In this document: piece after piece, positions 27,120 through 36,438 of the stretch
How positions within the stretch are numbered: position 1 is the stretch's first letter
Layout: every line of letters starts with the position of its first letter
NCBI GenBank assembly: GCA_000954095.1
Contig: JYNY01000203.1
Location: 17-64,016 of the forward strand
Source: Candidatus Omnitrophus magneticus
Lineage (GTDB): Bacteria > Omnitrophota > Gorgyraeia > Tantalellales > Tantalellaceae
Length of the DNA stretch: 64,000 bases
Reading direction: 5' to 3'
Made by a program: the position numbers and the translations under genes
Notes under the pieces: model-generated
Told to the model about the DNA's origin: nothing
The model's database searches: none
What the model saw: the letters and a program-made list of their open reading frames with translations, nothing else

Positions 27120-28817
27120 ATGAGAAAAGCGATAATATACTTTTGGGGAATAATAGCAGTAGTAACCGTGAGCAGTATCGGCTGTTCTGAAAATAAAGAT
27201 AAAGATTCTTTTCTTGCCGCTAATTCAGAAAGTTTGAAAAAGTCTTTAGTAGCTGAGAAAGTAAATACGCAGGAGATTAGCGCGGATAGCGCAAAAATAG
27301 ACGACGAAGAACTTTATTGTTTACCTGTTGTAGCAGGGAAAGCGTCAAGTTTTGATGAAACACCTGATTGGGCGCCTGCGCCAAATCCAATGGCACCTGT
27401 AGATGGGGACATGCTTACGCGTTGGTCCAGCAATTATGAAAACGAGGAAGAATGGATATATTTTGATTTAGACCAAGAAAGGATAGTAAGCAATATTATT
27501 GTAAGATGGGAAAGAGCGTACGCTAAAAAATATAAAATTTTTGTTTCTATGGACGCGGAAGATTGGCAGGAAGTATTTTTTGAACAAAACGGACAGGGCG
27601 GAGACGCTGAAGCTTTTTTCCCGCCTGTTAAATGCCGGTATTTAAAAATTATGAGTGTTGAAAAGGCTGAAGCTGATTGGGGTATATCAATTTGGGAAGT
27701 TGAAATTTACGGGCCAAAAGGGCAAAACATTGACGCGCAAATTTCAAAAAAAGATTATTTAGCTCGGGGCAATACAGAAGCTAAAAGAAAAGAAGCAGAT
27801 GAAGCGATCTCTAAATTGTCAGAAGCTGTTCCATCTTTAGAGCAAAAACCGTTTCAGCAAGGAGTTGTATATACTTCATGGATGTCTGATGAATTGTTAA
27901 TGCCCGTTTCAGATTTTACATTGATAAGTTTAAAAGAAAAAGGTATTGATACTATTTCTATAATGGTTCCGGCATATCAGGATGCTCTTAATTCAGAGGT
28001 TATTTTTACTAATGACAGGCCCGGCGGAGATACTCCCACGGATATAGCGATTACACATGCCATTGAAACTTGTCATAAGTTAGGGATGAGAGTTCTTTTA
28101 AAACCGCATGTTGATCCTAGAACGAATGAGGCTCGTATTGATATTGTCGGTAATCAAAAATGGTTTGATTCTTACGAAGAATTTATTTTACGCTACGCGA
28201 AGATAGCCGCTCTTAATAATGTTGAGATATTTTCAATAGGAACAGAATTAGAAGGCACAACATTTGAAGCTTGGACATCAAGATGGGAAATTATTATTAA
28301 AAAGGTAAGAGAAGTTTATAAAGGTAAGTTGGTTTATTCCGCTAACTGGACAGAATATCAAGGTGTTCCGTTTTGGAAAGATATGGATTATCTCGGTATT
28401 GACGCGTATTTCCCGTTGACAGATAAAAATGACGCAACGCGGGAAGAACTTATTAGCGCGTGGGAAAAAAAGGCTGGAGAAATAGAAACGTGGCTACGTG
28501 AAAATAATCTTTTGGATAAGCCGGTACTTTTTACAGAAATAGGATATACTACTACTGATGGAACAAATAGACAGCCATGGGTAGCATTGACTAGTATAGA
28601 AGATCAACAAGAACAGAGTGATTGTTTAGACGCCGCGTTCGAAGTATTGACGAAAAAGCCGTGGTTTAAAGGATATTATTTATGGCAATATATGCCGCAG
28701 GAACGATGGAGTCCTTTAGGGTTTACAGTGAATGGCAAAAAAGCAGAAAATATTTTTTGTGGGTGGGTTAAAAAAATTAAAGAAAGTGAAAATTTAAATG
28801 AAGGGGGGAAAAAATGA
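27120..28817 (+). CDS. Lipoprotein: F5/8 type C (discoidin, CBM32-like) module plus clan GH-A TIM-barrel hydrolase (GH113-like, putative beta-mannanase)
   Basis: Start set at ATG 27120, 8 nt after AAGGAG. Lipobox VSSIGCS. Discoidin pattern LTRWSS...WIYFDL...RYLKI...WEVEIYG. Catalytic-domain motifs KPHVD, IGTELEG and FTEIGYTT. Paralog of 30571-31650. Confidence 0.7.
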   Translation: MRKAIIYFWGIIAVVTVSSIGCSENKDKDSFLAANSESLKKSLVAEKVNTQEISADSAKIDDEELYCLPVVAGKASSFDETPDWAPAPNPMAPVDGDMLTRWSSNYENEEEWIYFDLDQERIVSNIIVRWERAYAKKYKIFVSMDAEDWQEVFFEQNGQGGDAEAFFPPVKCRYLKIMSVEKAEADWGISIWEVEIYGPKGQNIDAQISKKDYLARGNTEAKRKEADEAISKLSEAVPSLEQKPFQQGVVYTSWMSDELLMPVSDFTLISLKEKGIDTISIMVPAYQDALNSEVIFTNDRPGGDTPTDIAITHAIETCHKLGMRVLLKPHVDPRTNEARIDIVGNQKWFDSYEEFILRYAKIAALNNVEIFSIGTELEGTTFEAWTSRWEIIIKKVREVYKGKLVYSANWTEYQGVPFWKDMDYLGIDAYFPLTDKNDATREELISAWEKKAGEIETWLRENNLLDKPVLFTEIGYTTTDGTNRQPWVALTSIEDQQEQSDCLDAAFEVLTKKPWFKGYYLWQYMPQERWSPLGFTVNGKKAENIFCGWVKKIKESENLNEGGKK

Positions 28818-29401
28818 GAAAGGTGTTAGTAGCAATGGTATTATTTTTTACGGCATTGACTTGCAGGGCGTTTTCTGAGGAAGAAATACTTTTCGATTTT
28901 GAGAATGGCCTTCAAGGATGGGAAATACCTGATTGGGCGTTTGAGAAGCCGGATCATGTGCAAAAATCAGTAGCTATTGCAACGGACGTAGCAAGTACAG
29001 GCAAGCAGAGTATGGTTATGATGGCTGAATTCCCGGGCGGGAGATGGGCAGGAGCGCTTATTGAAATTATGCAATATTTTGATTGGAGTGGTTTTTCACA
29101 AATCGCGTATGATATTTATATTCCCGCGGATGCTCCGCAAGGATTACAGACTAAATTGATTCTTACTGTTGGAGACGCTTGGAAATGGGTTGAAATGAGT
29201 AGGGCATTCCCATTAGAACCCGGTAAATGGGTTACTGTGACAGCGGACATAAAACCGGGCAGTATTGATTGGAGGAGAATCCAAGTTGATGAGACATTTA
29301 GACAAGATGTGAGAAAAATGGATATCAGAGTGTTTTCTAATAATAAGCCTGCTTATAAAGGGGCTATTTATATAGACAATGTTCGTATAATAAAAGAGTA
29401 A
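28814..29401 (+). CDS. Secreted beta-sandwich, carbohydrate-binding-module-like protein (195 aa)
   Basis: Signal peptide. FDFENGLQGWEIPDWA ... AIYIDNVRI is a pattern typical of jelly-roll CBM / CIA30-like modules. Paralogous to the C-terminal half of 29599-30492. ATGA overlap with the upstream gene. Confidence 0.6.
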   Translation: MRKVLVAMVLFFTALTCRAFSEEEILFDFENGLQGWEIPDWAFEKPDHVQKSVAIATDVASTGKQSMVMMAEFPGGRWAGALIEIMQYFDWSGFSQIAYDIYIPADAPQGLQTKLILTVGDAWKWVEMSRAFPLEPGKWVTVTADIKPGSIDWRRIQVDETFRQDVRKMDIRVFSNNKPAYKGAIYIDNVRIIKE

Positions 29402-29450
29402 ACTTTTGGGAGTTATAGTGGAGTCTCGAAAGTTTAATTTTATAGTAATT

Positions 29451-29532
29451 AAAAATATCTCTAAATTTTTTAGATTGTTCTGTGTTTTTTTTATCGCGCA
29501 GGCTTTCTGAAAAATTTAGAGATATTTTTTTT
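29451..29532 (+). terminator. Long inverted repeat (20-bp perfect arms, 39-nt loop) followed by a T8 run
   Basis: aaaaatatctctaaattttt (29451-29470) pairs with aaaaatttagagatattttt (29510-29529), then ttttttt. Confidence 0.55.
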
Positions 29533-29542
29533 GGGGTTTAGA

Positions 29543-29569
29543 CCGACGGCTTGAGCCGTCGGTATTTTT
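29543..29569 (+). terminator. Rho-independent terminator
   Basis: ccgacggc-ttga-gccgtcgg followed by tattttt. It overlaps the track start (29551) of the next ORF, which argues for the ATG at 29599 instead. Confidence 0.7.
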
Positions 29570-29598
29570 GCAAAAACATTTGGTTAAAGGAATTATAT

Positions 29599-30492
29599 AT
29601 GGATAAAAAACAGTATTGCAGATTGGTTTTTGGTATTATTTTTATTTGTGTAGGTTTTTTTATTTTTTTAGAGGGATGCGGTAGCAAGAACAGCAAAGAA
29701 ACAAATACTGCAATAATTGATAAAAAAATCCAAGCCCAAGGAGAAACAGGAGATGAGATTACTAAAGCAATTACAGATTCCGCTATTAGTGAGACAAAAA
29801 AAATAGAAGGCGCAGACGTAATAAAAGAAACAATTGAGCCGGTAGTAAAGCAAATAGAATCAACAAAGAATAAAGTATATGACCTTACTGAAAGAGTTAT
29901 GGAACAAGCATCTTCTTCTGCGAATTCTGAGCCGGTAAAAGAAAATAATACCGCGGTTGTTTCAAAAATATCTGGAGAAATATGTTTTGATTTTGAACAA
30001 GATTTAGAGGGTTGGGAAATTCCAGCGTGGGCAATGGAAAAAGAGGATTATGTCGCGAAAGAGATAGCACAATCAAAAGAGTATGCGTCAAAAGGCATTG
30101 GAAGCATGAAAATAAACGCTAATTTTTTAAAAGGCGTGTGGAGCGGGGCATTAGTAGAAGTTCTCAGGTATTTTGATATGACGGGATATCAATTCATAAA
30201 AGCGGATGTTTATATCCCTAAGAATGCGCCGGAAGGTTTAAGAGTTAAACTTATTTTGACTGTTGGCAATGAGTGGAAATTTGTAGAAATGAATACAGTT
30301 CTGCCTGTTATGCCCGGAGAATGGGTAACAATTGGGGGGAATATCGCGCCGAATAGCTATGATTGGAAAAGGACTATCACAGACAGCGCGTTCGCGCAGG
30401 ATATAAGAAAAATATCCGTTCGTATAGAATGTAATGGAAAAGTTTCTTATGAAGGGCCTATTTATATTGATAATATCCGTGCCGAAAAATAA
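29599..30492 (+). CDS. Lipoprotein with low-complexity linker and C-terminal CBM-like beta-sandwich (paralog of 28814-29401)
   Basis: Start at ATG 29599 after AAAGG. Lipobox FLEGCGS. C-terminal FDFEQDLEGWEIPAWA ... PIYIDNIRA aligns along its length with the 195-aa protein. Confidence 0.6.
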   Translation: MDKKQYCRLVFGIIFICVGFFIFLEGCGSKNSKETNTAIIDKKIQAQGETGDEITKAITDSAISETKKIEGADVIKETIEPVVKQIESTKNKVYDLTERVMEQASSSANSEPVKENNTAVVSKISGEICFDFEQDLEGWEIPAWAMEKEDYVAKEIAQSKEYASKGIGSMKINANFLKGVWSGALVEVLRYFDMTGYQFIKADVYIPKNAPEGLRVKLILTVGNEWKFVEMNTVLPVMPGEWVTIGGNIAPNSYDWKRTITDSAFAQDIRKISVRIECNGKVSYEGPIYIDNIRAEK

Positions 30493-30570
30493 TTAAAAAT
30501 ATGTTAATCTCTTTTGTGTTTTTCTCTTTAAATAAATTCGGGTTATATTTTTTTCAAGAAAAGGAGCGCT

Positions 30571-31650
30571 ATGAGGCAAGGCAATAAAACATTTATATTT
30601 TTATTAGCTGGAATTTTTATTTTAGCATGGATATCTTTTAAGTTTTTTTATCACCCTCAAGAAAAAAATATTTTGGAATTTCAAAAAGGGATGGGATATG
30701 TTGCGTGGGCTAAAGACAGATACAGCGCGGAAGAATCAGACGCTTCTTTGGAGGCCTTAGCCGCTACTGGAACAAAATATGTTAGTATTGTTGTTATTTG
30801 GTATCAGACTACTTGTTGGTCTGGAGATATTCAGCGTCTTGACATAACAGCATCTGATGAGTCTTTGCGGCACGCGATAAAAAAGGCGCATCAATTAGGT
30901 ATGAAGGTTATGTTAAAACCTCATTTGGATATTTTGGATGAATCAGAGGGCGGTTGGAGAGGCGAGATCGGATGCGTAAAAGAGGAAGATTGGAGTAAAT
31001 GGTTTGAAAAATATACGGACTATATTCTTTATTATGCTAAGATTGCCCAAGAAGAAAAAGTTGAGCTGTATTGTGTTGGGACAGAGTTGTCAACTGCGGC
31101 AATCGTTAAGCCTGAGTCTTGGCGGGAGATAATTAAAAAAGTTCGGGGAATATATAAAGGGTTTGTACTTTACGCGGCGCATTGGGATAGTTACATGGAT
31201 GTGCGATTTTGGGATGCGGTAGATTTTGTCGGGATAAACGCGTATTTCCCTTTAACAGAAAGTCTTTTTCCTACAGAAGATGAATTAAGAGCAGGCTGGT
31301 CAAAATGGGTTACTGAACTTGAAGAATTTCAGGCGCAGATTAAAAAGCCTATAATTTTTCCGGAGTGCGGATGTAACTCGGCAGACGGCGCGGCAACAAG
31401 GCCATGGGAACATTTAGCTCGTAGAGAAGTTAATTTAGAATTACAACAAAGATTTTATAAAGTGTTGATGGAGATTTTTTTTGAAAAACAGTGGTTTTAT
31501 GGTTTGTATTGGTGGTATTGGGGAACTAACCCTAAAATGGGAGGGGAGTTCAACCGTAGTTTTACACCGCAAAATAAACCAGCGGCAAATATGTTAACAG
31601 AATGGTATTCGAAAAACATACCGCGGCCTGCAGTATTTATCGCGGAATAA
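30571..31650 (+). CDS. Membrane-anchored clan GH-A TIM-barrel hydrolase (GH113-like), paralog of the catalytic domain of 27120-28817
   Basis: N-terminal TM anchor. Shared motifs HQLGMKVMLKPHLD, CVGTELS, GINAYFPLT and FPECGCNSADG. Confidence 0.7.
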   Translation: MRQGNKTFIFLLAGIFILAWISFKFFYHPQEKNILEFQKGMGYVAWAKDRYSAEESDASLEALAATGTKYVSIVVIWYQTTCWSGDIQRLDITASDESLRHAIKKAHQLGMKVMLKPHLDILDESEGGWRGEIGCVKEEDWSKWFEKYTDYILYYAKIAQEEKVELYCVGTELSTAAIVKPESWREIIKKVRGIYKGFVLYAAHWDSYMDVRFWDAVDFVGINAYFPLTESLFPTEDELRAGWSKWVTELEEFQAQIKKPIIFPECGCNSADGAATRPWEHLARREVNLELQQRFYKVLMEIFFEKQWFYGLYWWYWGTNPKMGGEFNRSFTPQNKPAANMLTEWYSKNIPRPAVFIAE

Positions 31651-31677
31651 TTAGGAATTGATTTGGAGGAAATAGCA

Positions 31678-32943
31678 ATGAAAAATTTTCTGGAACGCGC
31701 TAAAGAAGAGCGATTATCAGAAAAAGAACGCAGAAATCTCAGTATTTTTGACGCTATCCGCAGGGGAAAAGAAATTTCAAGAGCTGAAATTTCACGGCTT
31801 ACTGATTTAAATATAGTAACAGTTTCAAATTATGTGAGTAAATATATAAAAGATAATATTGTATTTGAAACAGGCCTTGATATTTCTTCGGGAGGACGGA
31901 GACCGGAACTTTTAAAATTAAATACGGAAAGCGCGTATAGTATAGGAATAGATTTAGGCGCGCAACATTTATCAATGAATGTGTTTATTGTAGCTGTAAT
32001 TCTTGATATTAATGGTAAAATCGTAGCGAAAGAAAAAATAAAAAAAGAAAGTGAATCTTTTGAAAAACTTTCTTTGAAGGTTTTAAATTTAGTTGAACGG
32101 TTAATAGCTAAATCTGGAATTTCTCAACAGCTTATAAAAGGCATTTGTGTTGGCATTTGGGGAGTTATTGATAGATACCGAGGCATGGTAAGATATGCGA
32201 TAGAAGAAGAAAGTATTGTGTCTTATACCGGCCTTTTGGAACAGTTGGAAAATACATTTAATCTACCTGTGAAAATAGAACATGACGCGCTTCTTGCCGC
32301 TTTTGGTGAAAAGTGGGCTGGAGGGGAAGCGATAAGCGCCAGTAATAACATAATTTTTATGTGCGCGGATTCAAGTTGCGGGATTGTTATTAAAGGGGAG
32401 CTTTATTATGGCGCGAGTAAAAGCGCGGGAGAACTCAATTTAAGCCCGCCTAGATATGATGTTGAAACTTCTAAGGATAAATGCTGGACTAATTATGATT
32501 TCGGATGTTGTATGCGGTCAAGAGGCCTTGATTTGGGAATTCCTCAAAAAATAAAAATATATCTTGAAGAACATAATGACAAAAAAACGATAATGACAGA
32601 GATGGCCGGCGGAGACATAAAAAAAATTGATTTTGATATAGTTGTTAATTCTGCCGAGCAAGGTGATGAAATCGCTAAAAAATTTTTAGAAGACGCGGGT
32701 GATTACATGGGAGCTAAAGCCGCGTTTTTAATTAATCTTTTTAATCCGGAAGTAATTGTTGTGGGCCGCGGAATAGAACGCGCTGGAGACATCTTTTTTA
32801 GCGCTATTCGTAAAGCGGTCAGACGCTGGGCGTATGAAGAATCCGTAAAAATAGTTAAAATTTTGCCTGCTAGTTTAGGAGAAGACGCGGTAAGCGTCGG
32901 AGCCGCGGGGTTAGTAACACAGGAATTTTTCGCAAACGTGTAG
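31678..32943 (+). CDS. ROK-family transcriptional regulator (N-terminal wHTH plus ROK sugar-kinase-like domain)
   Basis: Start at ATG 31678 after GGAGG. HTH region ISRAEISRLTDLNIVTVSNYV. ROK-domain features GIDLG and a C-rich region. Confidence 0.8.
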   Translation: MKNFLERAKEERLSEKERRNLSIFDAIRRGKEISRAEISRLTDLNIVTVSNYVSKYIKDNIVFETGLDISSGGRRPELLKLNTESAYSIGIDLGAQHLSMNVFIVAVILDINGKIVAKEKIKKESESFEKLSLKVLNLVERLIAKSGISQQLIKGICVGIWGVIDRYRGMVRYAIEEESIVSYTGLLEQLENTFNLPVKIEHDALLAAFGEKWAGGEAISASNNIIFMCADSSCGIVIKGELYYGASKSAGELNLSPPRYDVETSKDKCWTNYDFGCCMRSRGLDLGIPQKIKIYLEEHNDKKTIMTEMAGGDIKKIDFDIVVNSAEQGDEIAKKFLEDAGDYMGAKAAFLINLFNPEVIVVGRGIERAGDIFFSAIRKAVRRWAYEESVKIVKILPASLGEDAVSVGAAGLVTQEFFANV

Positions 32944-33045
32944 ACATTATTTTTATTTCATGTTATATAACTGCTATTATTGTTTCGGTCTATTCATTAT
33001 TTCATTTCATAATGGAAAAATAAAAATATTTAGGAGGTTTTTTGT

Positions 33046-34284
33046 ATGTTTAAAAAAATATTGTCTTTGTTTGCGGTGATAGCTTTTTTAGCGGCTACCA
33101 CAGGATGCGGGTCTTCTACTAAAAAAAATGAAATTGTAATGTGGCTTGTAGGATCAGAAGCGCAGGCAAGGACTATCATGGAACTTGGAAAAAGTTTCAC
33201 GGAAAAAACAGGAGTAAAAGTTTCATGCCAAGCGATATCTTGGGGCAACGCGCATAGTAAATATTTAACATCTATTGCTGGAGATGTTACTCCGGATATA
33301 GGCACAATGGGGCTTACATGGGGCATGGAGTTCGGAGAGCTTGGCGCGCTTGTTGATTTAAATAAAGATTTTAAAGAGGATATAATGGAGATACAGAAGA
33401 CCAATTTTCCCGGGCTTGTAGAATCCAGCAAATTGGGTGATAAGATATTCGGCGTGCCATTTGATATGTCAATACAGTTAATTTATTACCGGACAGATAT
33501 GATAAAAAATGTTCCCGATACATGGGAAGATTTATTAGTTCTTTTAGCTGATTTAAAGAGTCAAGGGAAAGGCATGGTTATTGATTGGGGTTCTTTAGAT
33601 TGGATAGGTTTCGCGCCGTTTTTATGGCAGGCAGGAGGGAATTTTTATAATGAAGATTATACCAAAGTTACGTTAGATACGCCTTCGGCGGCGAAGGCGA
33701 TGGATTTTTTCGCGTCGTTATATAAAAATGGCGTGCCTAAAACAACGGTTCCATTGGAACAAGGAATTCGTATCGGAGATTATCCTATAGCGTTTTCCGG
33801 AAATTGGAAAATAATCAGCCTTACATTGGGCGCGCCTGAAATAAAAGGCAAATGGAAAATAGCAATGCTTCCAAAAGGCCCGACCGGCAAACGCACATCT
33901 TTTATCGGCGGGAGGATTATGAGTGTGTTTTCAAAATCTAATATGAAAAAAGAATCTGTGGAATTTATAAAATTTCTTTCGCAGTCGGACATACAAGTTA
34001 AGCTGTATAACGCTTCAATGGAAACAGAAGATTCTTATTTGCCGCCAAACATTGATACTTGGAAAAGTTTAGAAATGGATCAAGCCATGAAAGAAGTTTT
34101 AGAAAAACAGGCATGGGAAGCCAAAGGGCCGCCCGCTGTTTTGGGCTGGGATGGCAGCACAAGATTTGTTAATTACGCGATACAGATGGTTATATTGAAA
34201 GACGCGAAAAGTGCGGACGAACTTAAAAAAGCTAATGAAGAAATTCAGAAAGAATTAGATAAAATTTTGAAGAAAGGAAGATAA
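33046..34284 (+). CDS. ABC transporter extracellular sugar-binding lipoprotein (family 1 SBP)
   Basis: Lipobox AATTGCGSS. Typical MalE/UgpB-like length and pattern. AGGAGG RBS. Confidence 0.88.
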   Translation: MFKKILSLFAVIAFLAATTGCGSSTKKNEIVMWLVGSEAQARTIMELGKSFTEKTGVKVSCQAISWGNAHSKYLTSIAGDVTPDIGTMGLTWGMEFGELGALVDLNKDFKEDIMEIQKTNFPGLVESSKLGDKIFGVPFDMSIQLIYYRTDMIKNVPDTWEDLLVLLADLKSQGKGMVIDWGSLDWIGFAPFLWQAGGNFYNEDYTKVTLDTPSAAKAMDFFASLYKNGVPKTTVPLEQGIRIGDYPIAFSGNWKIISLTLGAPEIKGKWKIAMLPKGPTGKRTSFIGGRIMSVFSKSNMKKESVEFIKFLSQSDIQVKLYNASMETEDSYLPPNIDTWKSLEMDQAMKEVLEKQAWEAKGPPAVLGWDGSTRFVNYAIQMVILKDAKSADELKKANEEIQKELDKILKKGR

Positions 34285-34302
34285 AAAAAGAAGGAGAGAA
34301 GT

Positions 34303-35226
34303 ATGGCAAACGAAACAGTCTTTAAAAGATATAAAGGGAATCCTATTATTACAGCTAAAGCAGTCGGGCGCGCTAATAGCATCCATAATAGCGCCATTGT
34401 TAATTATAAAGATGGTTACGCGGGTATATTCAGAGTTGATGAAATTGATTTGAATTTTACTATGCATGTTGGCCGCAGTAAAGACGGTATAAATTGGGAA
34501 ATAGAAGAAGCGCCAATAAATATGAAACCAATCAATCCGGAAATTCCTATAAAGGCAAGGACATATGATCCGCGTTTGACAAAGATAGATGACACCTATT
34601 ATTTTACGTGGTGCATTGATTCGCCACAGGGCCCTTGTATTGGATTAGCAACTACAAAAGATTTTAAATCGTTTATTCAGATGGAAAATATAATGCCCCC
34701 GGCAAATAGAAACTGTGTTATTTTCCCTCGTAAAATAAACGGGAAATACGCTATTTTACATCGTCCCAGCGACCGTGGTCATACACCGTTCGGTTCTATT
34801 TTTTATTCTTCCAGCCCTGATTTAACGCATTGGGGTGAACATCGTGTAGTGTTTGACACAGTTTCGTCAAGCTGGCAGTCTACTAAAGTCGGCCCGGGCC
34901 CAGCGCCGATAGAGACAGAGGACGGATGGTTATTGATTTATCACGGTGTATGGACAAGTTGCAATGGGTATATTTATTACGCGGGCGGAGCTCTTTTAGA
35001 TTTAGAAAAACCATGGAAAGTTCTTTATCGCACAAAAGATTATTTATTAGCGCCTACTGAAATTTATGAACGAGTGGGAGATGTCCCGAATGTTGTGTTT
35101 CCAAGTTCAGCTGTCGTGGATAAAGGAAAAATTAGGATTTATTACGGTTGCGCGGATACATGCATTTCTATTGCTGACGCTAAGATTGTGGATGTTATAA
35201 AATTTATTAAGACGCACGCGTTATAA
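34303..35226 (+). CDS. GH130 family beta-mannoside phosphorylase/hydrolase (5-bladed propeller)
   Basis: NPIITA..., YDPRLTKIDDTYYFTW, NRNCVIFPRKINGKYAILHRP, GWLLIYHGV and IRIYYGCADT are characteristic of GH130. Confidence 0.85.
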   Translation: MANETVFKRYKGNPIITAKAVGRANSIHNSAIVNYKDGYAGIFRVDEIDLNFTMHVGRSKDGINWEIEEAPINMKPINPEIPIKARTYDPRLTKIDDTYYFTWCIDSPQGPCIGLATTKDFKSFIQMENIMPPANRNCVIFPRKINGKYAILHRPSDRGHTPFGSIFYSSSPDLTHWGEHRVVFDTVSSSWQSTKVGPGPAPIETEDGWLLIYHGVWTSCNGYIYYAGGALLDLEKPWKVLYRTKDYLLAPTEIYERVGDVPNVVFPSSAVVDKGKIRIYYGCADTCISIADAKIVDVIKFIKTHAL

Positions 35227-35239
35227 TTCTAAAATAATA

Positions 35240-35433
35240 GTAAGCACTAAGCGGTTAGTAATAAACTTTTCTATATCCTTTAGAAAACATCATTCTGTTA
35301 TTCCCGCGAAAGCGGGAATCCATAAGGGTTTTATGATGTTTTTGAAATGGTTATACCATATATAAATTCCTGCTTCATGGAAAATCACAACGTTAATAAT
35401 CAAGCTTGCAATTACCATCCGCTTAGTGATTAC
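35240..35433 (+). repeat. Composite intergenic repeat, left copy (hairpin A / ATTCCC-GGGAAT hairpin / conserved 110-nt segment / hairpin A)
   Basis: Reverse-complementary to 38205-38589. The inner 50 nt (35384-35433) are identical to the reverse complement of 38205-38254. Confidence 0.9.
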
Positions 35434-35472
35434 AAATAATATATTGTCGGAATTATCAAGAAGGAGGCATTA

Positions 35473-36375
35473 ATGAAAAAAATATTTTTTTCTATTGTTA
35501 CGGTACTATTAGCAGTTTTTGTTATAGTAGCGCTTTCAAAGGATTTTTTGATAAAAATTGCTATTGAAAACGGCGTAACGCTTGTAACCGGGCTTAAAGT
35601 ACAAATGTCATCGTTAAAGGTGGGGCTCATTGGTACTGACGCGGGCATGAAAAATCTTATGATTTATAATCCCAGCGGATACCCTGATAAAGTTATGCTT
35701 GATATGCCAGAGATTTATGTAGACTATGATTTACCAAGCATTATGAAGGGGAATATTCATTTAACAGAAATGCGTATTGATTTACATGAATTTTATGTTG
35801 TTAAAAATTATAAGGGAGAGTTAAATTTAGATGCCTTGAATTTGTCAAAAGGTTCTCCTGAAAAATCAGCCCCAGTGCAGGAAAAGGGAGAGCAAAAAGT
35901 AACGGGAGCAGGGAAAATCCCTGAAATAAAAATAGATAAACTTACTCTCAAGGTCGGGAAAGTTATATATAAAGATTATTCAGCAGGCGGAGCGGCATCT
36001 ATTCAGGAGTTTAACATTAATTTAAATGAAGAATACAGGAACGTTGATAATCCTTACACATTAGTAAGTTTAATAGTGTTTAAGGCGCTTATGAATACAG
36101 GAATAGCAAAGTTAACGCAGTTTGATATAGGTGGTTTGCAAAATACGTTAGCAGGGGCTTTGCCAAACGGGCAGATTTTAGCAGGAGCCGCTAAAAGTAT
36201 TTTAGGCAGTACCGAAGGCGCGTTAAGCGGTTTAGGCGGAGGGGCAGGTTCTAGCGTGAACACAATGGCAAACACATTAAAAAGCACAGCTAGCGGCCTT
36301 ACTAATGCTTTGAAATTGCCTTTTGGTAAGGCGAGTTCAACAACGAGTGACACGACCGATACTACAAACCAGTAA
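35473..36375 (+). CDS. Hypothetical membrane-anchored protein, short AsmA-N-terminal-like, with a Gly/Ala/Ser/Thr-rich tail
   Basis: AAGGAGG RBS and an N-terminal TM helix. The pattern ...NPSGYPDKVMLDMPEIYVDYDLPSIMKGNIHLTEMRIDLHEFYVV resembles AsmA-family N-termini, at pattern level only. Confidence 0.55.
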   Translation: MKKIFFSIVTVLLAVFVIVALSKDFLIKIAIENGVTLVTGLKVQMSSLKVGLIGTDAGMKNLMIYNPSGYPDKVMLDMPEIYVDYDLPSIMKGNIHLTEMRIDLHEFYVVKNYKGELNLDALNLSKGSPEKSAPVQEKGEQKVTGAGKIPEIKIDKLTLKVGKVIYKDYSAGGAASIQEFNINLNEEYRNVDNPYTLVSLIVFKALMNTGIAKLTQFDIGGLQNTLAGALPNGQILAGAAKSILGSTEGALSGLGGGAGSSVNTMANTLKSTASGLTNALKLPFGKASSTTSDTTDTTNQ

Positions 36376-36392
36376 AATTTTATTAATAAAAA

Positions 36393-36438
36393 CCGGTGTT
36401 TTGTTTAATCCAAAAACAAGACGCCGGTTTTTTATTTT
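36393..36438. terminator. Bidirectional Rho-independent terminator between convergent genes
   Basis: ccggtgttttgttt-aatcc-aaacaagacgccgg (G-U tolerant 14-bp stem), flanked by an A-run upstream and tttttatttttg downstream. Confidence 0.7.

Noticed and set aside
29551-29598. Track start (TTG/ATG region) of the 313-aa ORF.
   Set aside because: It overlaps a canonical terminator hairpin (29543-29569). The ATG at 29599 is preceded by AAAGG and gives a proper lipoprotein signal peptide.
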